In this document: positions 11,287 to 22,346 of the stretch, piece after piece
How positions within the stretch are numbered: position 1 is the first letter of the stretch
Layout of the letters: each line of letters opens with the position of its first letter
NCBI GenBank assembly: GCA_963793425.1
Contig: CAWCAG010000009.1
Span: forward strand, 576,001-640,000
From: an uncultured cyanobacterium
GTDB taxonomy: Bacteria; Cyanobacteriota; Cyanobacteriia; Cyanobacteriales; CAWCAG01
Length of the DNA stretch: 64,000 nucleotides
Direction of reading: 5' to 3'
Made by a program: the position numbers and the translations under genes
Notes under the pieces: model-generated
Seen by the model: only the letters and a program-made list of their open reading frames with translations
The model's database searches: none
Told to the model about the DNA's origin: nothing

Positions 11287-12075
11287 TTAGTTTTTTAGCC
11301 GCTGACAAAATTTTGACACTTCCGATATGTAGCTAGTTTGTTGGGGATAGGTTACTTTTGGTCTGGCGATGGTGATTAAGGGTATGCCTAATTCTTGAGA
11401 CAGGGAACGTTTAAGGGCTTCTCCTCCTGCTTTGCCTGAAGCTTTGGTTACTACTAAAGAAATTTCCCATTGCTGCCACAAAGCTTTTTCTAATTCTCTA
11501 CTTAAAGGAGGGCGAATAGCGATGAGGCGGTGGTTGGTAAATCCGGCTTTTAAAGCAACTTGTAGTGATTCTAGGCTGGGTAAAATTCGGGCGAAAAGAG
11601 TGGCTTGGTTTTGCCAGGGTTGAAATAAAGGCAAGGCTTGATAACCAACGGTTAAAAGTACTCGCTGCCCGGTAAGATAATTTCCTTGGAGAAGGGTAGC
11701 AAAATTAGCTAACCGATTCTCTCCTTCATTTTCAATTAAACTTGGGCGTTCGTAGCGTAAATAAGGTAGATTTTGTTGAGAAGCTACGGCGATCGCCCTT
11801 TGGGAAATTTCCGTAGCGTAGGGATGGGAAGCATCAACGATGCCTTTAATACTCCGTTCCCTCAAAAAAGCCTTAATCTCTTGCTGATTAAGTTTACCCA
11901 CCACTACCTCAAAATAAGGTAGCTGAGGATAAAGGGAACGGGCAGATTCTGTTGTCACCGTAATGAGACAAGCTATATTCTTCCCAACCAGCGATCGCGC
12001 CACTTCCGCACTCTCACTAGTACCCCCAATCAGCCAAATATATTGATTAGACCTATTTAATAAGCTATTTGGCAT
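11287..12075 (-). CDS. cbiJ: Cobalt-precorrin-6A reductase (CbiJ/CobK)
   Basis: IGGTSES, VDASHPYA, YLRYERP, VTKASG..GG; directly upstream of cobJ. Confidence 0.9.
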   Translation of the reverse strand: MPNSLLNRSNQYIWLIGGTSESAEVARSLVGKNIACLITVTTESARSLYPQLPYFEVVVGKLNQQEIKAFLRERSIKGIVDASHPYATEISQRAIAVASQQNLPYLRYERPSLIENEGENRLANFATLLQGNYLTGQRVLLTVGYQALPLFQPWQNQATLFARILPSLESLQVALKAGFTNHRLIAIRPPLSRELEKALWQQWEISLVVTKASGKAGGEALKRSLSQELGIPLITIARPKVTYPQQTSYISEVSKFCQRLKN

Positions 12076-12126
12076 AGTCGTTTAGTTTGGGGTTTCAATT
12101 AAACAAACCCTTCCTCATAAACAGTT

Positions 12127-13716
12127 TTAGCTATCCCCTCGGTTTGCCATCTTAGTAAAGCGATATATATTAAAGTAAGGAAAACCAACCTGAGATTTCA
12201 AAGCGTATAAAGAACTCATCTCTTCTTCAGCATCTCTTTTTCGTCCCCAATAAAATTCACGATTAAGCACTAAAAAGACGGTCTTAGCATTTTGGCTTAA
12301 GCTATTAACTTGTTGAGCAAGGTTTTTCCCTTTTATATTTTCTAACTCGGATTTAGTTCCATCTAAAGTTAATGTATCACCATAGTATCTCAATAGCCTT
12401 AAGTGTCCCCACAATAGTATAGATTGCACTGAATCACCTTTGTTTTCTTGGATATATTGTGCCGCAGCACGATAGTCATCTCTGGCATAGTTTTGATTAA
12501 AATAATATTGAAAATTGCTGTAGACATTTAAAATCAACAAAAGTATAACAGCAAATTTTCCTAGCTGAGAAAATCTTGAAGTCTTAGTACTTTTTGAATT
12601 CTGTCTGTCAATAAAAGCTGAAGGTAAAATAATAGCTAGGGGCAGACAGGCATAAAAAGCATGACGTGGGACAAAGTTTATTTTCGTGGCGATAGCAAAG
12701 AATAAGCTCAGGAAAAACAACAGAACTAAAAGTAAACTAAAAAACCTGTTTAATTTCTTATATTTAAGAGAATCACGACTAATAAATAAAACTCGAAATA
12801 AAGCAACTAGAATTATCGAAATAACAATAGATAATATGAGCAAATGAGGCCAGTAATTAAGTACAACCTGTACCCTATCTTGGCCACGTAACTGCTCCAT
12901 CGGTGGTCCATAACTTGTTCCCACTAGTAAGCCATAAATAACGAAAAGAGCGTTTTGAATAATAGGAAAACCTTGCCGACTAACTGGAATGCTGGTTGGA
13001 TTAGTTGCATCAGGTAGAGTAAAATAATAGATAAATACTGGTACACAGAAAAGCACGGCAGGAATCCACCAGGTTAGCCATTGTTTGAGATTTCTGTAAG
13101 TTATAAGGTAAGAAATAGCTAAAGACGTAGAAAAGATTACCATTAGAATATTACCGAAAAGTCCTATGGCGGTAAAAATCCAAAAACCGAACTTAAAATA
13201 TTTTGTCTTCTTGCTTTCTTCTGTATATAAAGCTTCTGTAAAAAAAAATAGTTGCAGGGAGGTCAAGAAAATAAGCAGCGAATAATTTCTCACTTCTTGG
13301 CTATGATAAACGCAGAAAGAGCTTAATGCTAATATCAAAGATGACCAAATAGCCTGTTTTTTGCCGTAAATACGTAACACGGTAAAAAAGAGCGCAATTA
13401 CCGAGAAAATCCCCAAAAAAACAGAAAGTGAGCGAAGGGCAAACTCAGTATCACCAAAAACCTCACGCCAACAAAACAGCACTATAGGGTACAAAGGACA
13501 AAATCTGTTACTATCTCCCGCTTCTCCACCTAGTTCCCTAACCTTGGAAATACTTTCTAAAAGTGATGAAGCATCAGAGTAAGATAAACTCCATCCTTCA
13601 TCAAACCAAAGACTCTGATGCGTAAGCATAAAGAAGCGTAGAACAATGCTTACGATCATTATTAAACTAATAGAAAAATAGTATTTGAAGGATTTTTGAT
13701 TGATAATTTCATTCAT
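12127..13716 (-). CDS. GT-C fold glycosyltransferase (family 39/PMT-like) membrane protein
   Basis: QSLWFDE, PLY..GDTEFALRSLS, SQEVRNY; many TM helices. Confidence 0.8.
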   Translation of the reverse strand: MNEIINQKSFKYYFSISLIMIVSIVLRFFMLTHQSLWFDEGWSLSYSDASSLLESISKVRELGGEAGDSNRFCPLYPIVLFCWREVFGDTEFALRSLSVFLGIFSVIALFFTVLRIYGKKQAIWSSLILALSSFCVYHSQEVRNYSLLIFLTSLQLFFFTEALYTEESKKTKYFKFGFWIFTAIGLFGNILMVIFSTSLAISYLITYRNLKQWLTWWIPAVLFCVPVFIYYFTLPDATNPTSIPVSRQGFPIIQNALFVIYGLLVGTSYGPPMEQLRGQDRVQVVLNYWPHLLILSIVISIILVALFRVLFISRDSLKYKKLNRFFSLLLVLLFFLSLFFAIATKINFVPRHAFYACLPLAIILPSAFIDRQNSKSTKTSRFSQLGKFAVILLLILNVYSNFQYYFNQNYARDDYRAAAQYIQENKGDSVQSILLWGHLRLLRYYGDTLTLDGTKSELENIKGKNLAQQVNSLSQNAKTVFLVLNREFYWGRKRDAEEEMSSLYALKSQVGFPYFNIYRFTKMANRGDS

Positions 13717-13860
13717 AGCCTATAGACCCAAGTTTGACAAAAACACTAGGAGTCAAGGCTGCTATTTTTATTCTTCTTATCTATCTATCTACATTATTTA
13801 CTTTGGACATTGATGGTTCGGCAAAGAGAAGTAGAAATTAATGAGTATTCAGCTAAATAT

Positions 13861-13893
13861 TTCTCTATTTCTCTATTTCTCTATTTCTCTATT
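13861..13893. repeat. Tandem octamer (TTCTCTAT)x4
   Basis: Read directly from the sequence. Confidence 0.8.
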
Positions 13894-14125
13894 GCCTGTT
13901 TCTCCCCACCTGCCTTAACCAAAAATGAAACAGCCTTACCTATGCTTTTAGGATGGCATTCCCTAAATAGGAAATGTACTAGGTTCCCAGTTCAGGAACA
14001 TCCTAATAGTTCCCGATTTCTCGGCTGTTGTTGTATACCTTACGATACAGTTTCATAGACTGTTTTCTCCCTACTCGCTAACCTAGCTTCAATAGGGAGT
14101 CTAAATGTCTCACAAATCCCTAACT

Positions 14126-14320
14126 TTATCTACCTTTGAGGGCTTTTTGGAAATTGTGGCGATAAGATTTATTAACAATTAGCAAAGCGGGCCAAAAGGC
14201 TGCTAAGAGAAAGCGATTAGCAAAGGTAGGGACAAAATTAGTTCTTTTAAATCCTTGCCAAAACTTAATAGCTCCCCAAATATACATGATCAGCAGAACT
14301 ATACCTAAAAATTTAACCAT
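14126..14320 (-). CDS. Small hypothetical membrane protein
   Basis: 64 aa with two hydrophobic segments; GGGAG Shine-Dalgarno-like sequence upstream. Confidence 0.7.
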   Translation of the reverse strand: MVKFLGIVLLIMYIWGAIKFWQGFKRTNFVPTFANRFLLAAFWPALLIVNKSYRHNFQKALKGR

Positions 14321-14423
14321 TTATCTAACTCCCTATTGGTTCTTTCTCGTCTTCTTCTCTAATTTTAACCAATTGAGAAATGAGACTTGGAAAATCAGTA
14401 AAAGCTGAGTAGTACTATGCTCC

Positions 14424-15122
14424 TTATTCGAGATAATTCAATCTTGCCACAGGTTCCCAAGCTAGTACATCCTGGAGTAAAGCTTGATACCCTTGTACAT
14501 TGGGATGAAGCCCATCTGCACTGAGATGAGGCGTAAGCCAATCTTTTCCTCGTTTTAACCAAAGATCAAAAATATCTAAGTAAGGTATTTTCCTCTCTTC
14601 ACAAGCTTTGCGAGTCATTTCTTTGTAAAGATATTGATTCTGGTGACTATAGTATAGGCAGTCGAGAAAAGGCATTCTCTGCTCATTTACTGGAACCATA
14701 CCCACAAATAGTACAGGACATAGCCCCTTAGCACTGTCTAATAATTGCGCGAGTTGGTATTGAAAAACTTCTTCTTCAGTAAAATGTTTGCCTTTGCTAT
14801 GACCTAAGCGGGGAGAATCATTAACTCCTACTGATAACATAATTAAATCTGGCAAGCTGTTACGCAATTCCCCACGGGTACGAAACTCTTGTTCTAGGCG
14901 TTGGGAAACTTGAATGACTCCATCCCCCCTAATACCAAGATTATAGAGAACATGACCCGGACTTTCCGAAGACATCCACTGGCGGCGCAATCTTTCTACC
15001 CAGCCACCACCGACGGGATCACCGAATCCATAAATTAAACTGTCTCCCAGGGCGATAAGTTTCAAAGGCTGGCTTTGGCTTTGAGGAGTTGGTGCAAAAT
15101 TAGGGGGGAATAATGTTTGCAT
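14424..15122 (-). CDS. GDSL/SGNH hydrolase
   Basis: ALGDSL, NLGIRG, GVND and DGLHPN blocks. Confidence 0.9.
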   Translation of the reverse strand: MQTLFPPNFAPTPQSQSQPLKLIALGDSLIYGFGDPVGGGWVERLRRQWMSSESPGHVLYNLGIRGDGVIQVSQRLEQEFRTRGELRNSLPDLIMLSVGVNDSPRLGHSKGKHFTEEEVFQYQLAQLLDSAKGLCPVLFVGMVPVNEQRMPFLDCLYYSHQNQYLYKEMTRKACEERKIPYLDIFDLWLKRGKDWLTPHLSADGLHPNVQGYQALLQDVLAWEPVARLNYLE

Positions 15123-15412
15123 AAAGTTAAGTTTATTGACCTCTCCTATATTTTTACAAATCTACATAATTTCCAGAGTGTACACAAGTAAGGTATGGGT
15201 TAGCAATCATACTTCTGAGGGAATAGGGGTAATTCAGTAAAGAAATCAAAAAGTTCCTTGATAATTCATGTTAAGAAAAGTAGCTAAATCTAAACCTTGA
15301 TTGCAAGATTGTCTCTACGTTCTAGCAGCATCTAAAGCAAATGGTATCGTAAGTAACATCTCTTCTTGAAAAATGACTTTCCCTGTAATTAAACTCGTTG
15401 AGTAAAGCCCCT

Positions 15413-15589
15413 ATGTATAAAAAAAAGGTTGATAAGAATTTCTGGACTTCTATGGCTATAGCTACAGTAGGAGCAGGTATAGTTACGTCTTTTGCGGTTA
15501 GCCAAGGACAGCATCCTCTATTGGCTTTAGCTTTGACTATTATTGCTGCGTCTTGCGCTGTCATCTGCGATCGCTTAGGAATTATTTAA
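15413..15589 (+). CDS. Small two-TM hypothetical protein
   Basis: MYKKKVDKNFW followed by two hydrophobic helices; contains a HIP1 site. Confidence 0.6.
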   Translation: MYKKKVDKNFWTSMAIATVGAGIVTSFAVSQGQHPLLALALTIIAASCAVICDRLGII

Positions 15590-15765
15590 ACAAAAAGTAA
15601 ATGATTTTCGCTTTCCCGTAGTTGAAGTTGGTTTTTCTGGCAGATTTTGACTACGGTTCCTTTTTGCTTATTTTGAAAACCTATGTAGGTTTTCAAAAAC
15701 TTAATGGAGTTTGAGTTTGTAGGATTGCTATATACTAGCGGGAAAATTAGCAAAAATAGCAAATT

Positions 15766-16659
15766 ATGGAAGCTTTTGCATATCTTCAGTTAGAGTTGGC
15801 ACAGGAGGAGACTTCCGAATTGCCGCCAGATTACAATTTACCTGATTTACAAGGTTTAGCCGGAAATGCTCAACTTTATTTAGTTTCTCTAATTAGTGTA
15901 CTTTTGATTTTGAGTACTACAGGAGAAACCTTAGCTCAGTCTAATAATATTCTTCAAGAAGGTAGTGTTGGTGATGAAGTTGAGCAAGTTGAATTTCAAT
16001 TAAAACAACTTGGCTATTTTAAGGAAACTCCAAATCAATTCTTCACTATTTCTACAGTTACTGCTGTGGAAAGATTTCAAATCAATTATAGCCTGGGAGT
16101 AGATGGAAAAGTTGGACCTGAAACCAGGGGAGAATTGAATCGGTTAACAAATATCCCACCTTCATCCTCACCAGATAGAATTAACCGTTTTAATACTGGA
16201 GATACTGGAGGTGTTTTTCAAGTTACCTCACCAATCTTGAGTCCAAATCAAGGTAATAGGGCTGAGGTAAGATTACTACAGCAAGAACTTGCTCGTAGAG
16301 AATATTATTTGGGTAACATAGATGGAATTTATGGCCCACAAACAAAATTCGCAGTAGAGCGATTTCAAAGGGAGAATAGGTTAAGACTAGTTGATGGTAT
16401 AGCTGGACAAGAAACCTTAGAAAGATTAGGTTTACGGACAGCCTTAACCATTCAAAACCAACCCTATGTAGTTGTAGTACCAGGAATAGATGAGTTGGCT
16501 GTAGATAGTGCTTTAGGAAGCTCTGAGGCTATTTTAGCCCGGTCAAGAAGAGGCAGCTATATTAATGCGGGAAGCTTCACGAGTAGGAATGAAGCAGAAA
16601 GCCGTGCCTACCTTCTAAAAGCGAAAGGATTTGATGCCAGGGTGGTGTATAAACCCTAA
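15766..16659 (+). CDS. Peptidoglycan-binding domain protein (two PG_binding_1 domains, SPOR-like C-terminus)
   Basis: TAVERFQ..VDGKVGPET and DGIYGPQT..AVERFQ..DGIAGQET; C-terminal GSF..RNEAE..LKAKGFDARVVY. Confidence 0.85.
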   Translation: MEAFAYLQLELAQEETSELPPDYNLPDLQGLAGNAQLYLVSLISVLLILSTTGETLAQSNNILQEGSVGDEVEQVEFQLKQLGYFKETPNQFFTISTVTAVERFQINYSLGVDGKVGPETRGELNRLTNIPPSSSPDRINRFNTGDTGGVFQVTSPILSPNQGNRAEVRLLQQELARREYYLGNIDGIYGPQTKFAVERFQRENRLRLVDGIAGQETLERLGLRTALTIQNQPYVVVVPGIDELAVDSALGSSEAILARSRRGSYINAGSFTSRNEAESRAYLLKAKGFDARVVYKP

Positions 16660-16690
16660 CCACAAATCCTTTTCTTTTTGTTTAATAAGC

Positions 16691-17935
16691 TTAATTTAGA
16701 ACATCCAGGTAATCTCTAATCCTTTCCCGACGCTTAGGTTGACGCAACTTTTGCAGTGCTTTTGATTCAATTTGTCTGACTCGTTCACGAGATAAATCAA
16801 GGGCGCGGCCAATTTCTGCTAAAGAGTAGGGGTTGCCGTCTCCTAAACCGAAACGCATCCGAATTACATCTCTTTCACGGGAAGTCAAATCTGCTAACAG
16901 ATTATGCAAGTCCCTTTGCAAAGCTTCTCGCATCAATGATTCTTCAGGAGAAATATATTCTGTTTCTAGTAAATCTCCTAATTCTGTGTCCTTTTCCTTA
17001 CCAACTTTAACTTCTAAAGATACTGAACGAGGAACCCGCAGCAATACTTCCCGAATTTGCGGTACGGTCATTTTTAACTCTTTGGCAACATCATCCATGG
17101 TTGGGGTTCTACCCTTTTCCTGGGAGATTTTGCGCTGAGCTTTTTTAATTTTGTTCAGTTTCTCAGTTATGTGAACTGGTAGGCGAATAGTACGGCTTTG
17201 AGTTGCGATCGCCCTAGTAATACCTTGGCGAATCCACCAATAGGCATAGGTACTGAAGCGATAACCTTTGGTAGGATCAAATTTCTCGACTGCCCTTTCG
17301 ATGCCTAAAGTACCTTCTTGAATCAAATCTAGTAATTCTAAACCACGATTTTGATACTTTTTTGCTACAGATACAACCAAGCGCAAATTCGCTTTAATCA
17401 TATGTTCTTTAGCTTTGACACCTGCTTTTTGTAAGCTATCTAATTCTTTAGGTGTAAGTTCGGCAACTTCTGCCCAACGCTGTTTTCCAGCTACTAAGGC
17501 TTCCTTCATTTTGGGAACTTCCATTTCCGCAGCAGTAGCCCATTTTTCCCAGGAGGGGCGATGTCCTAATTTAGATACTAATCGGTCATGAATTTCAATT
17601 AATTTTAAGTAGCGCTCAACTACTTCATCACCCTGTTCAGCAATTTCTGCGCGCAATTCCAACAAAGACATATGACGTTGAATTTTTTGGGCTTCAGAAA
17701 CTTCTTGATCTCTCCTTAATAGGGGGACTCGACCAATTTCTTGGAGATAAAGTCTCACTAAATCTGTGGTAGTACGACTAGCTGATTTTGACGAGCTTTT
17801 GTCTTTATCTAATTCTATTTCAACCAAACCTTCTTCTGGTTGTCCAACTGAATTGCTCGTATCACTTATACCAAAACCATCAATAGGTAGAGTATTGGTG
17901 TTTGATGTATCGAGATAAAAAGAAGTAGCTGGCAT
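16691..17935 (-). CDS. sigC: Group 2 RNA polymerase sigma factor, SigC-like
   Basis: DLVRLYLQEIGR, ANLRLVVSVAKKY, FSTYAYWWIRQ, SRERVRQIE; MPATSFY N-terminus typical of cyanobacterial SigC. Confidence 0.85.
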   Translation of the reverse strand: MPATSFYLDTSNTNTLPIDGFGISDTSNSVGQPEEGLVEIELDKDKSSSKSASRTTTDLVRLYLQEIGRVPLLRRDQEVSEAQKIQRHMSLLELRAEIAEQGDEVVERYLKLIEIHDRLVSKLGHRPSWEKWATAAEMEVPKMKEALVAGKQRWAEVAELTPKELDSLQKAGVKAKEHMIKANLRLVVSVAKKYQNRGLELLDLIQEGTLGIERAVEKFDPTKGYRFSTYAYWWIRQGITRAIATQSRTIRLPVHITEKLNKIKKAQRKISQEKGRTPTMDDVAKELKMTVPQIREVLLRVPRSVSLEVKVGKEKDTELGDLLETEYISPEESLMREALQRDLHNLLADLTSRERDVIRMRFGLGDGNPYSLAEIGRALDLSRERVRQIESKALQKLRQPKRRERIRDYLDVLN

Positions 17936-18489
17936 AACGATTTCTCTATTACGAACGGCAACAGCAGGGTTGAACTTTCAAGTTACTGCCTAGTGCTATA
18001 TTTCCCAATTTGGGTAACTAATCAACATAAGGATTTTAAATCAGACAACACACTTATGTTGCTATCTATCCTTACCTATTAGTTTAAGCATTTACAGGAA
18101 TAAGCTGTGTGACTTCAATCAAATGCGGTGTTAATCTACGTCACCAAAAAAGATGATTTGGGATCTATTTTTTGTTTTGAAGGGCTGTTAAGGCTGATAT
18201 TGCTTGGGTTGAGACTTTTTAGTAAAGATGTCTAAAGTTTATCTTTTAAAGAATAGCTAGGTACAGATACAGGTTATGAAAATAGCTTATAAAAAATTAA
18301 CTCAGAAAATGCACTTATAATCTCAGTAACTACTAATGTTTTAAAATTAATTTTTGGATTTAGCTAGTAGTTAATACGAATTAGGAAGAGAGTCAAAAAT
18401 CAGCCATTATAATTCTAACCATAAAAATCTTTTTTCAGATGAAAATTATTAATAACTTAATAATTAAAAACAACTAAATTAAGTTTAGG

Positions 18490-19368
18490 TTAAAATTTAG
18501 GGCGAGGATACTTTTGTATTAGTTCTTTCACTTGTTCAGCGTGATAGGAACTACGAGTGAGGGGGCTAGAAACAACTTGGAGGAAACCGATCGAATTGCC
18601 GAATTCTTGCCAAGCCGCAAATTGAGTTGGGGTAACAAAATCTTGCACTCCTAGGTGTTTTTGGGAAGGTTGTAGATATTGTCCAATGGTTAAAATGTCG
18701 CAATCTACCCGCCGTAAATCGGTAATTACTTCTCTAACTTCAGCATCTTCTTCTCCTAGCCCTACCATAATTCCTGACTTGCTATAAACCCAAGGGGCAA
18801 TTTGGCGAGTGCGTTGTAAAAGTTCTAGGGAGCGTTGATAATTTCCTTGGGGACGTACTCTTTTATATAAGCGCTTAATTGTCTCTGTATTGTGATTGAG
18901 TACATCCGGTTGGGCTTGTAAGATTGTTTCTAATGCATCCCAGTTGCCACACAGATCGGGGATCAGTACTTCGATGGTGGTTTGGGGGGAAGCTTTGCGT
19001 ACTTCTTCTATACAGCGCACAAATTGACTTGCCCCGCCGTCAGGTAAGTCATCTCGGTTAACAGAAGTGATGACGACATGATTTAACTGTAAGCGTTTGA
19101 CTGCTTCTGCTAAACGCCAAGGTTCAGTAGGATCTAAAGATTGGGGCTTTTTCTCAAAATCTATATCACAATAGGGGCAAGCGCGGGTACAAGCTGGCCC
19201 CATAATCAGGAAAGTAGCTGTACCAACGCTGAAGCATTCGCCAATGTTAGGACAGGAGGCTTCTTCGCAAACTGTATTTAAAGACAAATCACGCAGAATT
19301 TCTTTGACGCTACCAACGCGCTGCCATTGAGGTGCTTTTACCCGTAACCAATCTGGTTTGACTACCAC
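18490..19368 (-). CDS. lipA: Lipoyl synthase
   Basis: [12 protein letters not shown] and CTRACPYC cluster motifs, RSSY motif. Confidence 0.96.
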   Translation of the reverse strand: MVVKPDWLRVKAPQWQRVGSVKEILRDLSLNTVCEEASCPNIGECFSVGTATFLIMGPACTRACPYCDIDFEKKPQSLDPTEPWRLAEAVKRLQLNHVVITSVNRDDLPDGGASQFVRCIEEVRKASPQTTIEVLIPDLCGNWDALETILQAQPDVLNHNTETIKRLYKRVRPQGNYQRSLELLQRTRQIAPWVYSKSGIMVGLGEEDAEVREVITDLRRVDCDILTIGQYLQPSQKHLGVQDFVTPTQFAAWQEFGNSIGFLQVVSSPLTRSSYHAEQVKELIQKYPRPKF

Positions 19369-19500
19369 AGCTTTTCAATTATTAGTTATCAATGATTAAT
19401 GATCAGTTTATCAATAATTTAGGGGATGATGAGATGAGGAATAAATTAGCGATTAGCGATTTCCCTCAAATCGTTACGTGTTATAATTATCGACTTGTAG

Positions 19501-19574
19501 CGGGATGTGGCGCAGCTTGGTAGCGCACTTCGTTCGGGACGAAGGGGCCGCTGGTTCGAATCCAGTCATCCCGA
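19501..19574 (+). tRNA. tRNA-Pro(CGG)
   Basis: Acceptor stem CGGGATG/CATCCCG, anticodon arm CTTCG-TTCGGGA-CGAAG, T-loop GGTTCGAATCC; CCA not encoded. Confidence 0.96.
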
Positions 19575-19674
19575 TTTTTGATACACTCGACTAAATTTGT
19601 TGCCTCAGTTCTTTAGTCAGCAAGAGAACATAAAGGATTTAAGATTACTTGCAGATATTGAAATAGGTAAATTG

Positions 19675-21474
19675 ATGAAACTATTTTCCTTCCAGACTAT
19701 TAATTGGCAACACTGGTTCACTATTGCGATCGCCTCAATTTTAGGGATGGTGCTTAGTTCTTGTAACTTGAGTGCTTTGGAAAAAGAAGTTGCTCAGGTT
19801 CCAGAAATGGTAACAGGAATGTTGAGTGATCCCAGTACTTTTAATTATGCCCTAAATCAAGAATTTCCTAACATCTTTTTGCGTACTTATGAAGGGTTGG
19901 TTGGAGAAAATAGTCAAACAGCAGAAATTGAGCCTGCTTTAGCAGAAAGTTGGGAGATTTCTGAGGATGGTTTGGAATTTGTCTTTACTCTGCGGGAAGG
20001 GTTGAAATGGTCTGATGGCGAACCATTAGATGCTGATGATGTTGTCTTTACCTATAATGATGTTTATCTTAATGAAGAAATTCCTACTGACGCTAGAGAT
20101 GCTTTAAGAATTGGCGAAAGTAGGGCTTTTCCTAAAGTGGAAAAGCTTGATGATTTAAAAGTAAAATTTACTCTGCCAGAATCCTTTGCTCCCTTTCTAG
20201 GAACGGCTGAGTTATATATATTACCAGAACACGCTTTAAGGGAAGCAGTGGAGACAAAAAACCAGGACGGTAAACCGAAGTTTTTAAGTACTTGGGGAGT
20301 TGATACACCACCCAAAGAAGTAATTGTTAATGGCCCTTATCAATTAGCAAGATATCAAACTAATCAAAGGGTTATTTTTAGGCGTAATCCTTACTATTGG
20401 CGCAAAGATGAACAAGGCAGTCAACTACCGTATATTGAGAGAATGGTCTGGGAAATTGTTGAGAATACCGATACTTCTTTATTACAATTTCGTTCTGGTA
20501 GTTTAGATGCCGTAGGAGTTACGCCAGAATTTTTCTCTTTACTAAAACGGGAGGAAGATAAAGGTGATTTTAGGATTTATAATGCTGGACCAGCTTACGG
20601 ACAAACTTTCTTTTCTTTCAATCTTAATAAAGGTAAACGAGACGGTAAGCCTTTAGTAGATCCGGTTAAATCTCGTTGGTTTAATACTGTAGAATTTCGC
20701 CGTGCCGTTGCCCATGCGATAGATCGCGAAGGAATGGTTAATAATATTTTTCGTGGCATTGGTGAACCACAAAATTCTCCTCTTTCTATTCAGTCTCCTT
20801 TTTATCTTTCCCCAAAAGAAGGTCTACCGGTTTATGATTACGATTTAGATAAATCTAGACAGTTGTTAAAAGAGGCGGGCTTTGAATATAAAGGTGATGA
20901 ACTTTTTGATAGTGAAGGCAATCGTATTCGTTTTAGGTTAATCACTAATGCAGGTAATAAAATTCGAGAATCTATGGCAGCACAAATCAAACAAGATTTG
21001 AGTAAGATTGGTATTCAAGTAGACTTTTCCCCCATTGCTTTTAATACTTTAGTAGAAAAACTTTCTAATTCGTTGGAATGGGAATGTTATTTGCTTGGTT
21101 TCACTGGGGGCAACGAACCCAATAGCGGCAGCAATCTTTGGAATGTTGAAGGAGGATTACATACTTTTAATCAAAAACCTTTACCAGGACAAGCAGAGAT
21201 TGAAGGTAGAGAAGTATATAATTGGGAACAACAAATTAGCGATCTTTATATTCAAGGGGCAAGGGAAATAGATATAGAAAAGCGTAAAGAAATTTACGGT
21301 CAAACACAAATTTTAACTCAAGAATATTTACCAATGATTCATTTAGTTAATCCCCTGGCGTTGGGGGCAGTACGCAATCATATTGAGGGTGTAGAGTATG
21401 TAGCTTTACCGGATAAGTTTTGGAATAGCTATGAAATAAAAGATACTTCTTTTCAAAAAGAATTGACTGAGTAA
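19675..21474 (+). CDS. Peptide/nickel ABC transporter substrate-binding lipoprotein (family 5)
   Basis: Lipobox LSSC; PALAESWEISEDG..FTLREGLKWSDG..ADDVVFT. Confidence 0.92.
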   Translation: MKLFSFQTINWQHWFTIAIASILGMVLSSCNLSALEKEVAQVPEMVTGMLSDPSTFNYALNQEFPNIFLRTYEGLVGENSQTAEIEPALAESWEISEDGLEFVFTLREGLKWSDGEPLDADDVVFTYNDVYLNEEIPTDARDALRIGESRAFPKVEKLDDLKVKFTLPESFAPFLGTAELYILPEHALREAVETKNQDGKPKFLSTWGVDTPPKEVIVNGPYQLARYQTNQRVIFRRNPYYWRKDEQGSQLPYIERMVWEIVENTDTSLLQFRSGSLDAVGVTPEFFSLLKREEDKGDFRIYNAGPAYGQTFFSFNLNKGKRDGKPLVDPVKSRWFNTVEFRRAVAHAIDREGMVNNIFRGIGEPQNSPLSIQSPFYLSPKEGLPVYDYDLDKSRQLLKEAGFEYKGDELFDSEGNRIRFRLITNAGNKIRESMAAQIKQDLSKIGIQVDFSPIAFNTLVEKLSNSLEWECYLLGFTGGNEPNSGSNLWNVEGGLHTFNQKPLPGQAEIEGREVYNWEQQISDLYIQGAREIDIEKRKEIYGQTQILTQEYLPMIHLVNPLALGAVRNHIEGVEYVALPDKFWNSYEIKDTSFQKELTE

Positions 21475-21494
21475 TTGCTAGTTGCTATTAGAAT

Positions 21495-22265
<771 letters not shown>

Positions 22266-22346
22266 TAGGTAATAAATTTAATTTACTTGTGGAGATAATA
22301 GTATATTCTTGTAGCATTTTAGATAACAACTAGCAACTAGCAATTT

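Noticed and set aside
19501..19700. Genomic island integrated at tRNA-Pro
   Set aside because: No integrase downstream, and I found no duplicate of the tRNA 3' end in the window.
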